Below are positions 63,921 through 64,000 of a DNA stretch of 64,000 nucleotides, in pieces. How positions within the stretch are numbered: position 1 is the first letter of the stretch; each line of letters starts with the position of its first letter. A program made the position numbers and the translations under genes. Source of the DNA: the human T2T-CHM13v2.0 reference genome, Homo sapiens; the NCBI RefSeq assembly GCF_009914755.1, contig NC_060925.1. The stretch is one strand, 5' to 3'. Below the pieces are notes generated by a model, which saw only the letters and a list, made by a program, of their open reading frames with translations, was not told where the DNA came from and searched no databases.

Positions 63921-64000
63921 GTCTAGAGCGCACTGCCCCTCTCTGTGGTGGTGGAGAACCTTAAGTGCCGGTGGGGGTTAGGGTCTTTGTGGTCGTTGAG

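Overview
Human (primate) genomic DNA from the SDHB-PADI2 locus (1p36.13, by sequence recognition); both genes are on the minus strand. The left end holds SDHB coding exon 1 (385-456) and its CpG-island promoter. About 12.7 kb of repeat-rich intergenic DNA follows. PADI2 (peptidylarginine deiminase 2) exons 16 to 2 span about 13.2-51.5 kb, and the rest is PADI2 intron 1; exon 1 lies beyond the right edge. All 15 PADI2 exons were placed by hand at GT-AG boundaries, and their phases give one continuous ORF with catalytic D351/H471/D473/C647. Almost every other ORF in the track is an Alu or simple-repeat artefact. Most notable non-standard observations: (1) a 22-nt 5' tRNA-Glu(CTC) fragment retroposed with an A-rich tail and target-site duplication (TSD) in intron 1; (2) phase compatibility for an in-frame PADI2 exon 15 to SDHB exon 2 read-through chimera; (3) an in-frame stop plus AATAAA in intron 11 predicting a 437-aa catalytically dead PAD2; (4) an endogenous TEV protease motif ENLYFQ at the end of exon 14; (5) a nested, bistable 52-nt hairpin in intron 1; (6) an ~87%-identical local ~165-bp duplication in intron 13. 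Repeat family names and boundaries were assigned by eye and are approximate.
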